Assembly: GCA_910585435.1 (NCBI GenBank)
Contig: CAJUEJ010000001.1
Location: 122,286 to 186,285 of the forward strand
From: an uncultured Hungatella sp.
GTDB taxonomy: Bacteria > Bacillota > Clostridia > Lachnospirales > Lachnospiraceae
Direction of reading: 5' to 3'
Length of the DNA: 64,000 bases
Part shown: positions 9,391 through 18,643 of the stretch, piece by piece
Layout of the letters: every line of letters starts with the position of its first letter
Numbering within the stretch: the stretch's first letter is position 1
Made by a program: the position numbers and the translations under genes
Notes under the pieces: generated by a model
What the model was told of the DNA's origin: nothing
What the model saw: the letters and a program-made list of their open reading frames with translations, nothing else
Database searches by the model: none

Positions 9391-10086
9391 ATGGTTGCAG
9401 ACCAATTTCATGAGATACAAAAAAGGGTGGCGGCTGCCTGTTTAAGAAGCGGCAGAGAGCCGGGGGAGGTTACCCTGATAGCAGTCAGCAAGACAAAACC
9501 TGTAGAAGACTTAAAAGAGGCGTATGAGGCAGGTGCAAGGGATTTCGGGGAGAATAAGGTTCAGGAGATTCTTGAAAAGTATCCCCGGCTTCCGGAGGAT
9601 ATCCGGTGGCACATGATAGGGCATCTGCAGACCAACAAGGTGAGACAGGTAGTGGGAAAGGTTTGCCTGATACATTCCGTGGATTCTGTAAAGCTGGCCC
9701 GGGAGATAAGCAAAGAGTCTGAAAAGCAGGGAATTGTCACGCCCATTCTTTTGGAAGTGAATGTGGCAAAGGAAGAGACCAAGTTTGGTTTTTGCCTGGA
9801 AGAGACAGAGGAGGCTTTGGAAGAGATCCGCACGCTTAAGGGTATAAAGGTGCAGGGGTTGATGACAATCGCTCCTTTTGTGGAAAAGGCAGAAGATAAT
9901 CGGCAAATTTTTCGAATATTTCATAAATTTTATGTTGACATGAAAAGTAAAAACATTGATAATGTTAACATGAGTATTCTTTCCATGGGGATGACCGGAG
10001 ATTTTGAGGTAGCAGTCGAGGAAGGAGCAACCATGGTAAGAGTAGGCACCGGCATCTTTGGTGTAAGGCAGAGGATAGGAGAGTAG
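9391..10086 (+). CDS. yggS: PLP homeostasis protein YggS/YlmE
   Basis: LIAVSKTK, FGENKVQE, WHMIGHLQTNK, LSMGMTGD, VRVGTGIFG. Confidence 0.97.
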   Translation: MVADQFHEIQKRVAAACLRSGREPGEVTLIAVSKTKPVEDLKEAYEAGARDFGENKVQEILEKYPRLPEDIRWHMIGHLQTNKVRQVVGKVCLIHSVDSVKLAREISKESEKQGIVTPILLEVNVAKEETKFGFCLEETEEALEEIRTLKGIKVQGLMTIAPFVEKAEDNRQIFRIFHKFYVDMKSKNIDNVNMSILSMGMTGDFEVAVEEGATMVRVGTGIFGVRQRIGE

Positions 10087-10088
10087 CA

Positions 10089-10604
10089 ATGAGTCTTTTG
10101 GGAAAAATAATGGATAGCATGCGGTTAAGCGACGACGATGACGATTACTTCTTAGATGATGATTATGAAGATGAAAGACCTGCCAGAAAAAGCCTTTTTG
10201 CGAAAAAAGACAATGACTATTACGATGACTACGATGAGGAGGACGAGCCTTCCAAGCCAAGATTTTTAGGACGATCTTCTGCAAAGGTTGTGCCCATGAA
10301 GCAACAGCAGCCTAAATCAGAGTTTATTACGATCCGACCGGTTTCTATAGAAGATTCCAAGGAAATCGGGGATTATCTGCTGGAAGGCAAGACGGTGGCT
10401 ATCAATATGGAAGGCCTGCATATGGAGGTGGCTCAGAGGATTATTGACTTTACCTCAGGCGCTACCTATGCCATCAACGGCAATCTTCAGAAGATATCCA
10501 ACTATATATTTATTGCAGCGCCTGAGTCAGTGGCTCTTTCCGGCGATTTTCAGGATATGCAGGGCGGAAGCCTGGATATTTCCGGTATGAATCGGAGACT
10601 GTAG
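10089..10604 (+). CDS. sepF: Cell division protein SepF
   Basis: N-terminal amphipathic helix, acidic linker, AQRIIDFTSGATYAINGNLQKIS; follows yggS. Confidence 0.95.
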   Translation: MSLLGKIMDSMRLSDDDDDYFLDDDYEDERPARKSLFAKKDNDYYDDYDEEDEPSKPRFLGRSSAKVVPMKQQQPKSEFITIRPVSIEDSKEIGDYLLEGKTVAINMEGLHMEVAQRIIDFTSGATYAINGNLQKISNYIFIAAPESVALSGDFQDMQGGSLDISGMNRRL

Positions 10605-10707
10605 CCAGGAGGCGGCAGATACATGGATGAATAAAGAGGATAAGAACAAAAGTGAGCAGACGGTCTCTCTGACCGTTTGCTTTCTTAGTATCAAAAAGGA
10701 GAAAAAC

Positions 10708-11796
10708 GTGGAGAATAGAATCGGAGTACATCGGGATAAGAGGCATATTTATGATATTTTGATTTCCACATCCTTCGGACAGCTGGCAGAGGAGGTCAGC
10801 AAACTGAAGGTGAAGGATCGGAGAATCTGTATTGTGACAGATTCCGTGGTGGCCGGATTATATCTTGAGGCTGTGGCAGGCATTCTGTCAGGATGCTGCA
10901 GACAGGTCATAAGCTTTCAGTTTCCTGCCGGGGAGGAGCACAAGAATCTAAACACCGTGGAGAAGCTGTATGAGACGCTGATCCTCCATCATTTTGACAG
11001 GAAGGATCTGCTGGTGGCTTTAGGCGGCGGAGTGACAGGGGATCTGTGCGGGTATGCTGCGGCCACGTATTTAAGAGGCGTGTCTTTTATTCAGATTCCC
11101 ACCACGCTGCTGGCCCAGGTAGACAGCAGCATCGGAGGAAAGACAGGGGTGGATTTTGGCTCCTATAAAAATATGGTAGGCGCGTTTCACATGCCCAGGC
11201 TGGTCTATACCAATGTCAGCACCTTACTGACCCTTCCCGAAGAGCAGTTTACCTCCGGCATGGGGGAGATCATAAAGCATGGCCTCATTAAGGACAAGGC
11301 ATACTATCAGTGGCTTTCAGAGCATGCAGGCCAGATTATGGGCCGGAATCTGGATGTGTGCATGGAGATGATCCGAGGAAGCGATGAGATAAAGAGGCGA
11401 GTTGTGGAGGAGGATCCCATGGAAGAGGGGGAGAGGGCCCTGCTAAATTTCGGGCATACCCTGGGACATGCCATCGAAAAGCAGAAGAATTTCCAGATGC
11501 TTCATGGCCACTGTGTGGCAGTGGGGGCACTGGCGGCTGCCTGGATATCTGAGGAAAAAGGTATGATTTCCAGGGAGCAGGTGCTGGAATTGAAAAAAAG
11601 GATGGAACAGTTCCATATGCCCGTATCTGTCTGCGGTGTGGATCCGGACCAGGTGATAGATGCCACCCAAAACGATAAGAAGATGGACGGCGGAAGCATT
11701 CAGTTCATTTTGTTAAAAGAGATAGGCCAGGCAGTCATAGACAGGCAGGTGGCCCGGGAAGAGATGAGGCGGGGGCTTTTAAAAGTCCTTGCATGA
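10708..11796 (+). CDS. aroB: 3-dehydroquinate synthase
   Basis: GGGVTGDLCG, PTTLLAQVDSSIGGKTG, LLNFGHTLGHAIE, DKK; GTG start after aaggag. Confidence 0.96.
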   Translation: MENRIGVHRDKRHIYDILISTSFGQLAEEVSKLKVKDRRICIVTDSVVAGLYLEAVAGILSGCCRQVISFQFPAGEEHKNLNTVEKLYETLILHHFDRKDLLVALGGGVTGDLCGYAAATYLRGVSFIQIPTTLLAQVDSSIGGKTGVDFGSYKNMVGAFHMPRLVYTNVSTLLTLPEEQFTSGMGEIIKHGLIKDKAYYQWLSEHAGQIMGRNLDVCMEMIRGSDEIKRRVVEEDPMEEGERALLNFGHTLGHAIEKQKNFQMLHGHCVAVGALAAAWISEEKGMISREQVLELKKRMEQFHMPVSVCGVDPDQVIDATQNDKKMDGGSIQFILLKEIGQAVIDRQVAREEMRRGLLKVLA

Positions 11797-11825
11797 AAGA
11801 GAACCTATATGAATAAGGAGAACCA

Positions 11826-12377
11826 ATGAACGGGAAGAGGAAGACAATCCCCGGCTTTTTAGCAGGGGTAATCATATTGACCGGATTTGACCAGTGGACC
11901 AAAAGCCTGGTGACAGCCGGACTGAAGGGAAAGTCGCCAGTGGTTTTATGGGAAGGAGTTTTTGAGCTTCTTTACTCGGAGAACCGGGGAGCAGCCTTCG
12001 GCATGCTTCAGGGGCGGCAGTTCTTTTTCTTTGTGGTGGCTGCGGCCGTATTTCTGGCAGTGATTTATGCCATGTGGAAGCTTCCCGAAGAGAGGAAATA
12101 TCTTCCTCTTAAAATCTGTCTTACCCTGATAGCATCGGGGGCGGCAGGGAACCTGATTGACAGGGTTATCCAGGGGTATGTGGTGGATTTTCTGTATTTC
12201 AAGCTGATTGACTTCCCCATATTCAATGTGGCGGATTGCTATGTGACAGTGGCTGCGGCTGTATTATTGTTTCTGGTGTTAAAGGTTTATTCCGACGAGG
12301 ATTTTGATGTGTTAAAGCCGAAAACCTCAGACAAAGCTTCGGATGGCAAAGGGGCCGGGGAAAGGAGCATTAAGTGA
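11826..12377 (+). CDS. lspA: Signal peptidase II
   Basis: DQWTK, NRGAAFG, GNLIDR, VVDF, FNVAD. Confidence 0.96.
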   Translation: MNGKRKTIPGFLAGVIILTGFDQWTKSLVTAGLKGKSPVVLWEGVFELLYSENRGAAFGMLQGRQFFFFVVAAAVFLAVIYAMWKLPEERKYLPLKICLTLIASGAAGNLIDRVIQGYVVDFLYFKLIDFPIFNVADCYVTVAAAVLLFLVLKVYSDEDFDVLKPKTSDKASDGKGAGERSIK

Positions 12378-13288
12378 GACAAAAATATCTGGTGCCGGAG
12401 GAGCAGGAGGATGTCCGCATCGACCGGTATCTGGCGGAGAGCTGTGAGAGCCTGTCCCGCTCCTATATCCAGAAGCTTTTGAAGAATGGCGAGGTTCTGG
12501 TAGACGGGAAGGCTGTGAAAGCCAGCTACAGGGTGTGTCCCGGAGACCAGGTTCTTGTGGATATTCCTGAGGCAGTTCAGCCGGAGATTCAGGCTCAGGA
12601 CATGGAGCTGGATATCCTGTATGAGGATTCGGATGTGATTCTGGTAAATAAGCCCAAGGGAATGGTGGTTCATCCGGCTGCCGGACATTTAAACGATACT
12701 TTGGTTAACGGATTGATGGCTCACTGCAGGGATCAGCTGTCCGGAATCAACGGTGTGATGCGGCCGGGGATTGTCCATCGGATTGACATGGACACCACAG
12801 GGGTTCTGATTGCCTGCAAGAATGATTTTGCCCACAACCAGATTGCCGCCCAGCTAAAGGAGCATTCCATCACCAGGAAATACCTGGCTGTGGTTCACGG
12901 TGTCATAAAGGAAGATGAGGGAACGGTGGACGCTCCCATCGGCAGACATCCGGTGGAGAGAAAAAAGATGAGTGTCAATGAGAAAAACGGCAGGCATGCA
13001 GTGACCCACTATCGGGTCCTGCGCCGGTTTTCCGGCTATACGTATATTGAATGTCAGCTGGAGACAGGGAGAACCCACCAGATTCGTGTGCATATGGCAA
13101 GCATCGGCCATCCTCTGGTGGGCGATGAGGTGTACGGGCCCCGCAAGTGCCCCTTTTCCCTTCAGGGACAGACCTTACATGCGGCGGTTTTAGGGTTTAT
13201 CCATCCCCGGACAGGAGAGTACCTGGAGTTTTGGGCACCTTTGCCGGAGTATTTTGAAAAGCTGTTGAAAAAATTGGAAAATGAATAA
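12374..13288 (+). CDS. rluD: RluA/RluD-family pseudouridine synthase
   Basis: S4 domain, NKPKGMVVHPA, HRIDMDTTG, GRTHQIRVH; GTG start overlapping lspA stop. Confidence 0.93.
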   Translation: MRQKYLVPEEQEDVRIDRYLAESCESLSRSYIQKLLKNGEVLVDGKAVKASYRVCPGDQVLVDIPEAVQPEIQAQDMELDILYEDSDVILVNKPKGMVVHPAAGHLNDTLVNGLMAHCRDQLSGINGVMRPGIVHRIDMDTTGVLIACKNDFAHNQIAAQLKEHSITRKYLAVVHGVIKEDEGTVDAPIGRHPVERKKMSVNEKNGRHAVTHYRVLRRFSGYTYIECQLETGRTHQIRVHMASIGHPLVGDEVYGPRKCPFSLQGQTLHAAVLGFIHPRTGEYLEFWAPLPEYFEKLLKKLENE

Positions 13289-13308
13289 TGTGTGGCAGGA
13301 GACAAAGG

Positions 13309-13974
13309 ATGAATATATTTGATATTTTAGGGCCGGTGATGGTAGGGCCCTCCAGCTCCCACACTGCAGGGGCTGTGCGGATTGGATTGATCACGAAAAA
13401 GCTTTTAGGCTCTGTGCCGGTGAAGGCAGATATTACCCTGTCAGGCTCTTTTGCGGCTACCAGCGTGGGACACGGGACGGATAAGGCCCTGGTGGCCGGG
13501 CTTTTGGGTATGGACACAGACAATATCCGGATCCCGGAAAGCTTTCAGCTTGCCGGGGAGCAGAAGATGGAGTTTACATTTTCCAAGATGAATATCCGGG
13601 ATGCCCATCCCAACACGGCTCTTTTAAAGGTGGAGGCGGCAAGCGGCCGGACGGTGGAGGTTCAGGCTTCTTCCCTGGGAGGCGGCCGGATCATGATAAA
13701 TAAACTGGACGGGATCCAGATCAATGTGACCGGAGAGCGGCCGGCGCTGATTGTCCATAACCTGGATCAGCCGGGCCATGTGGCGGAGGTCACTTCCCTG
13801 ATGGCCCACAAATCCATCAATATTGCAACCATGAATGTATACCGGGATAAGCGGGGAGGCTATGCGGTCATGGTTCTTGAGACAGACCAGAATATTCCGG
13901 ACTCTGCCGTTGAGTGGTTAAAGCGGGTGGAGGGCATCATAAAGGTGACTCGTTTGAATATAGGGGATGAGTGA
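13309..13974 (+). CDS. sdaAB: L-serine dehydratase, beta subunit
   Basis: GPVMVGPSSSHTAGA, GHGTD, HPNT, C-terminal ACT domain. Confidence 0.95.
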   Translation: MNIFDILGPVMVGPSSSHTAGAVRIGLITKKLLGSVPVKADITLSGSFAATSVGHGTDKALVAGLLGMDTDNIRIPESFQLAGEQKMEFTFSKMNIRDAHPNTALLKVEAASGRTVEVQASSLGGGRIMINKLDGIQINVTGERPALIVHNLDQPGHVAEVTSLMAHKSINIATMNVYRDKRGGYAVMVLETDQNIPDSAVEWLKRVEGIIKVTRLNIGDE

Positions 13975-13984
13975 GGGAAATGGT

Positions 13985-14866
13985 ATGGCATATAATTCGT
14001 TAAAAGAGATTGTTGACTACTGCGATAAAAAGGGCGTATCCTTTTTCCAGGCGGTTCTGGAGGATGACATGGACGAGCGGAAGGTGACTGAGAAAGAGTC
14101 CATGGATCAGATGTATGCCATGTGGGATGCCATGCTTCTTGCCTCCGCCACCTATGATGGAGGCTTAAAGTCCGCCAGCGGGCTGACAGGAGGGCAGGGG
14201 GCTGCCATGGAGCAGTACCGGAAGGCAGGAAAGACCCTGTGCGGGGATTTTATCAGCCAGGTTGTGGCCCAGGCCCTGGAGATGGGAGAGTCCAACGCCT
14301 GCATGAAGCGGATCGTAGCGGCTCCCACTGCCGGCTCCTGCGGTGTGCTGCCGGCTGTGCTGATTCCTTATTATCGGATGTATCAGGAGGATACGGCGGA
14401 TATTCACCAGGCGATGATCAAAAGCCTGTACGTAGCCGCCGGGATCGGTCAGGTGATTGCTGCCCGGGCGTTTATCGCCGGAGCGGCGGGAGGATGCCAG
14501 GCGGAGATCGGCGCGGCTTCCTCTATGGCAGCAGGAGCCCTGGTCTCTTTAAAAGGCGGGGACAACCAGCAGATCTGCCATGCCAGCGCCATTGCCATGA
14601 AAAGCCTTCTGGGGCTTGTCTGCGATCCGGTGGCCGGCCTGGTGGAGGTGCCCTGTGTAAAGCGGAATGTGACAGGGGCAGTCAATGCCCTGACAGCCGC
14701 AGATATGGCTCTGGCAGGGATCACCAGCGCTATCCCGGCGGATCAGGTGTTTGACGCCATGAGGGAAGTGGGAGAGAAGATGCATCTCTCCCTGAAAGAG
14801 ACAGGAGAGGGAGGGCTGGCTGCCACGTCTGAGGGAATTCGGATTACAAAATCGTTAATTAAATAA
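13985..14866 (+). CDS. sdaAA: L-serine dehydratase, alpha subunit (alternative start 13967)
   Basis: IVAAPTAGSCGVLP, GGCQAEIG, LGLVCDPVAGLVEVPCVKRN. Confidence 0.95.
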   Translation: MAYNSLKEIVDYCDKKGVSFFQAVLEDDMDERKVTEKESMDQMYAMWDAMLLASATYDGGLKSASGLTGGQGAAMEQYRKAGKTLCGDFISQVVAQALEMGESNACMKRIVAAPTAGSCGVLPAVLIPYYRMYQEDTADIHQAMIKSLYVAAGIGQVIAARAFIAGAAGGCQAEIGAASSMAAGALVSLKGGDNQQICHASAIAMKSLLGLVCDPVAGLVEVPCVKRNVTGAVNALTAADMALAGITSAIPADQVFDAMREVGEKMHLSLKETGEGGLAATSEGIRITKSLIK

Positions 14867-14975
14867 TTGTTTGTAACTATTCCTATACTTTTTCTCTTTT
14901 TTGATGTATAATAAAGTATATCATAACAATTTGTATTTACAATAGTATCCCAGAAAAGCCATGGAGAAGGTAAGA

Positions 14976-15021
14976 ATGTACTGCGGGGAAGCTCAGGCAC
15001 AGAGAGACTGAGGCAGTACAT
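14976..15021. repeat. ATGTAC..GTACAT palindromic element, copy 1
   Basis: atgtactgc/gcagtacat stem; 14993-15009 is the exact reverse complement of 42215-42231. Confidence 0.65.
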
Positions 15022-15148
15022 AAGAAAATCGGGGGGAAGATATGACGGTTAAGGGGTTTAAACCGTTGCGTCGAATCCGGGCTGAGACAACTATATGGGA
15101 TTGTGTGCCTCAAACAGAGACACAAGGGACATCGAAAGGAGGATTTAT

Positions 15149-15784
15149 ATGAAGGGAAATTTAGTAATCACAATCGGAAGGCAGTGCGGAAGTCAGGGAA
15201 GGATCATCGGACAGACGCTTGCCAAGGCAATGGGAGTAAAGTGCTATGACAAGGAGCTTTTGTCAGAGGCGGCGAAAAACAGCGGTTTATGCGAGGAGCT
15301 GTTCGAGACCCACGATGAGAAGCCTACCAACAGCTTTCTCTATTCATTAGTTATGGATACGTATTCTATGGGCTATAATTCATCTGCTTATCTGGATATG
15401 CCTATTAATCATAAGATTTTTCTGGCGCAGTTTGATACCATTAAAAAGTTGGCAGATGAGGAGTCCTGTGTGATTGTAGGCCGCTGCGCAGACTATGCCC
15501 TGGCAGAGTATCCCAACACAGTGACTGTGTTTATCACAGCCAATGAAGCGGATAAACTGGCATACCTTCAAAAGGTCAACAACGTGACGGAAGCAAAAGC
15601 CAAGGATATTATGGTGAAGACTGACAAAAAGAGAGCCAGCTACTACAATTACTATGCCAGCAAGCGCTGGGGCGAGGCAAAGGGATACGATCTGTGTATC
15701 AACAGCAGCGCAGTGGGAATCGAGGGAGCTGTGAAGGTGATTCAGGAATTTGCGAAGCTGAAGATGGAGAAGAACAAGGCGTAA
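15149..15784 (+). CDS. Cytidylate kinase-like family protein
   Basis: VITIGRQCGSQG P-loop, CVIVGRCADY, DKKRASYY, YDLCINSS; strong RBS aaggagg. Confidence 0.85.
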   Translation: MKGNLVITIGRQCGSQGRIIGQTLAKAMGVKCYDKELLSEAAKNSGLCEELFETHDEKPTNSFLYSLVMDTYSMGYNSSAYLDMPINHKIFLAQFDTIKKLADEESCVIVGRCADYALAEYPNTVTVFITANEADKLAYLQKVNNVTEAKAKDIMVKTDKKRASYYNYYASKRWGEAKGYDLCINSSAVGIEGAVKVIQEFAKLKMEKNKA

Positions 15785-15800
15785 ACAGGTGGTGAATGGG

Positions 15801-15977
15801 ATGTGTAATCAGGAATTATGCATCTTGCCTGAATTTCCATCTGTTGCGTTGGATTTTCTAGCCGTAGCCACCGCTACGCCGTCGAAAATCCGCCTTGCAG
15901 ATGAACAAATATGCCCGATAAAGCGGGGCACGCTGTCCTGCGGAGTTTCGCCAGATATAATACGGTCAAGACACTAG
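15801..15977. mobile_element. Degenerate MITE-like palindromic element
   Basis: Arms catctgttgcgttggattttc/gaaaatccgccttgcagatg around a 27-nt core shared (24/27) with the element at 46220-46386; right end gacac-TA. Confidence 0.5.
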
Positions 15978-16005
15978 AAATAAGTGCAGCGATATTCCTG
16001 AGGAC

Positions 16006-16055
16006 AAAAGGGCTGCCGCGCCGGGAAACATTTCCCTGGCACGGCAGCCCTTTTT
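16006..16055. terminator. Bidirectional intrinsic terminator
   Basis: aaaagggctgccg..cggcagcccttttt between convergent genes. Confidence 0.85.
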
Positions 16056-16060
16056 AAATA

Positions 16061-16822
16061 TTAGCCGGCGATAATCAGGGATACCTGATGTGCCGCCGCA
16101 TAATCACAGAAATCTGCATCCGGTTTCTGGTCTGTAACAATACCTGTCAAATCTTTTACATCGCAGTAGGTAAGCAGAGACACGCTGCTGAATTTGCTGG
16201 AATCTGCCAGCAGATACTTCTCCATACTTTTTTTCACAGCCATTTCCTTGATACACGTCTCCTCCGGGGAGGAGTTGGTGGCGCCGTTTTCCAGAGTGAT
16301 TCCGGTGGCGGACAAAAAGGCTTTCTGGATGTTGTAGGAGGACAAAAGCCTGGCAGCATTATTCCCTGTAAAGGACAGGGTCTTCCGGTTCAGGGTGCCT
16401 GACAAGGAAATCAGGTTAATGTTAGCGTAAGGGATGGCCTGAACCATGACCTCGATGCTGTTGGTCAGCAGGGTAATCCGTTTCTCCTTTAAATGCTCCA
16501 GCATGTACAGGGTGGTAGTGCCGGAATCGATGAAGATGCTGTCTCCTTCCTGCACCAGGGAGGCGGCTTTGGCGGAGATCAGACGTTTGGCGTTCTGATG
16601 CTTTACGTTCCGCTCGGCGAAGGACACCAGAGGCTTTTTCACCTGGGTGTTTACCATGACACCGCCGTAGGTCTTTACAATGTCTGGATTTTGAATGATT
16701 TCTTCAATATCTCTGCGGATGGTATTCTTCGATACCTGAAAGATCTGACACAATTCATCCAGAGTTACGGTTTTGTGAGTGTAAATGTATTCTTCAATTT
16801 CAGAAATTCTCTGAGAACGCAT
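16061..16822 (-). CDS. DeoR/GlpR-family transcriptional regulator
   Basis: HTH VSKNTIRRD, IFIDSGTT, LTNS, LADSSKF. Confidence 0.93.
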   Translation of the reverse strand: MRSQRISEIEEYIYTHKTVTLDELCQIFQVSKNTIRRDIEEIIQNPDIVKTYGGVMVNTQVKKPLVSFAERNVKHQNAKRLISAKAASLVQEGDSIFIDSGTTTLYMLEHLKEKRITLLTNSIEVMVQAIPYANINLISLSGTLNRKTLSFTGNNAARLLSSYNIQKAFLSATGITLENGATNSSPEETCIKEMAVKKSMEKYLLADSSKFSSVSLLTYCDVKDLTGIVTDQKPDADFCDYAAAHQVSLIIAG

Positions 16823-16850
16823 AGCTTACCTCCCTCTGGCTGGGAATCTG

Positions 16851-16985
16851 CAGCGGCCCGGCAGTTACTGCATTGCCAAACTTCCGGTGTACCCGGTATA
16901 TGTTTGGGCCCGGCGGCAGTTACTGCATTGCAGAACTTCCGGTATACACAGCATACGTTTGGGCCGGGGCAGCGTCGGGCCGCTG
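16851..16985. repeat. Two 55-bp tandem units enclosed by a 10-bp inverted repeat
   Basis: Units start at 16860 and 16915 (ggcagttactgcattgc..aacttccggt..gtttgggcc); cagcggcccg/cgggccgctg flanks. Confidence 0.85.
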
Positions 16986-16997
16986 AAAAAGTCTTCC

Positions 16998-18509
16998 TTA
17001 GATGGTTCCGTCCCAGGTGGAGACAGTGGTAGCCTTCTTCTCCTCCTCGTCGAACCAGCGGGTGGTGACAACCTTCTTCTCTGTGAAGAAGTAGAAGCCG
17101 TCTTTTCCAAGGGTGTGCAGGTCGCCGAAGAAGGACTGCTTGTGGCCGTTGAACGGGAACATGCCGATGGGTACTGGGATGCCTACGTTTACACCGATCA
17201 TGCCGCCGTCTGTGTGGCGTGTGAATTCACGGGCATAGTGGCCGTTCTGGGTGAAGATAACGGAGCCGTTGGCAAATGGATTGGCGTTCATCACAGCCAG
17301 GCCCTCTTCAAAGTTCTTTACACGTTTGATGCACAGAACCGGTCCGAATACTTCTCTGTCACCGATGGTCATGCCAGGCTCTACATGGTCGAAGATGGTG
17401 GGTCCTACATAGAATCCGCCCTCATAGCCTTCTACTACGGTGTCACGGCCGTCCAGAACCAGTTTGGCGCCTTCTTCCACGCCTTTGTTGATCCAGCCTA
17501 CAACAGACTCTTTATGTTTTGCATTGATAACCGGCCCCAGCTGGGTGGTCTTGTCATAAGCAGGGCCTACCTTCAGTGCGCTTGCCTTCTTAACCAGGGC
17601 ATCTACCAGCTGGTCTGCGATGCTTTCCTGAACAACCACAACCGGAAGAGCCATGCAGCGCTCTCCGGCGCAGCCGAAGGAGGCATTGATGATGCCGGCA
17701 GCCGTTCTCTCGATGGGAGCGTCCTCCAGAACCAGAGCGTGGTTCTTTGCCTCGCACAGTGCCTGTACACGTTTGCCGTGAGCGGCAGCAGTGGAGTAAA
17801 TATGTTTTCCTACGGAGGTGGAACCTACGAAGGAGATACCTGCGATGTCCGGATGGGTTAAGAAAATCTCAGCCTCATTTCTGGAGCAGGTTACGATGTT
17901 GACTACGCCGTCGGGAACGCCGGCCTCTTTATAAATTTCAGCGATTCTCATACAGGTCTGAGGCGTAAAGGTGGCAGCCTTCAGTACGATAGTGTTGCCG
18001 CAGGCGACACAGATAGGGGTCATCCATCCCATAGGAATCATGGCCGGGAAGTTGAAAGGAATGATTCCCGCAAATACGCCTAAGGGGCAGCGGTAAGCAA
18101 CTGTGTCATAGCCTTTGGAGGCATCCATCAGGCTTTCGCCCATCATCAGAGACGGAGCGGAGATGGCCTGCTCGGTTCCCTCGATTGCCTTAAGTACATC
18201 ACCCTCGGACTCGGCCCAGTTCTTGCCGTTCTCCCTTGCCACGGACATGGTCAGCTCTTCCATATGTGCATATAACAGCTCACGTACTTTGTAGAGAATC
18301 TGGACTCTCTTCTTTACCGGAGTTGCGGACCATCCGGGATAAGCAGCCTTTGCCGCTGCGATGGCTTCCTCTACCTCGTCTGCCGTACAGCAGGGAACCT
18401 TGGCGATGACTTCGCCGGTGCTTGGATTGTAAGCATCCGTGTACTTGTCCGTCCTGGACTCTTTGAAGGCACCGTTTACATAGTAGCCTAACTTCTTGAT
18501 TTCGCTCAT
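16998..18509 (-). CDS. mmsA: CoA-acylating (methyl)malonate-semialdehyde dehydrogenase (IolA/MmsA)
   Basis: PFNFPAMIP, FVGSTSVG, AKNH, FGCAGERCMA, EVFGPV, GVNVGIPVP, FFGDLH. Confidence 0.93.
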   Translation of the reverse strand: MSEIKKLGYYVNGAFKESRTDKYTDAYNPSTGEVIAKVPCCTADEVEEAIAAAKAAYPGWSATPVKKRVQILYKVRELLYAHMEELTMSVARENGKNWAESEGDVLKAIEGTEQAISAPSLMMGESLMDASKGYDTVAYRCPLGVFAGIIPFNFPAMIPMGWMTPICVACGNTIVLKAATFTPQTCMRIAEIYKEAGVPDGVVNIVTCSRNEAEIFLTHPDIAGISFVGSTSVGKHIYSTAAAHGKRVQALCEAKNHALVLEDAPIERTAAGIINASFGCAGERCMALPVVVVQESIADQLVDALVKKASALKVGPAYDKTTQLGPVINAKHKESVVGWINKGVEEGAKLVLDGRDTVVEGYEGGFYVGPTIFDHVEPGMTIGDREVFGPVLCIKRVKNFEEGLAVMNANPFANGSVIFTQNGHYAREFTRHTDGGMIGVNVGIPVPIGMFPFNGHKQSFFGDLHTLGKDGFYFFTEKKVVTTRWFDEEEKKATTVSTWDGTI

Positions 18510-18534
18510 GCTTTTAAATCCGTCCTTTCTTAAA

Positions 18535-18594
18535 ATGGATAAATGATTGTTAACTGATGGATAAATCTTATCACATTTTGGGTAACTTTACAAT
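18535..18594 (-). promoter_or_regulatory. mmsA promoter with overlapping direct-repeat operator
   Basis: TTGTAA-N17-TAAGAT on the minus strand; ATTTATCCAT twice, 22 bp apart, plus a degenerate third copy. Confidence 0.6.
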
Positions 18595-18643
18595 AGATAT
18601 TTGGAAATTAATCCTCTAAAGTTTGCCGAAAAGTCTTTCTTGG

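Noticed and set aside
15060..15090. tRNA-like TCGAATCC
   Set aside because: No cloverleaf, acceptor stem or D-arm
16851..16985. Possible mini-CRISPR array
   Set aside because: Units are similar along their whole length, with no unique spacers and no cas genes
16887..17861. 324-aa plus-strand ORF
   Set aside because: Antisense shadow of mmsA; no RBS or recognisable motifs
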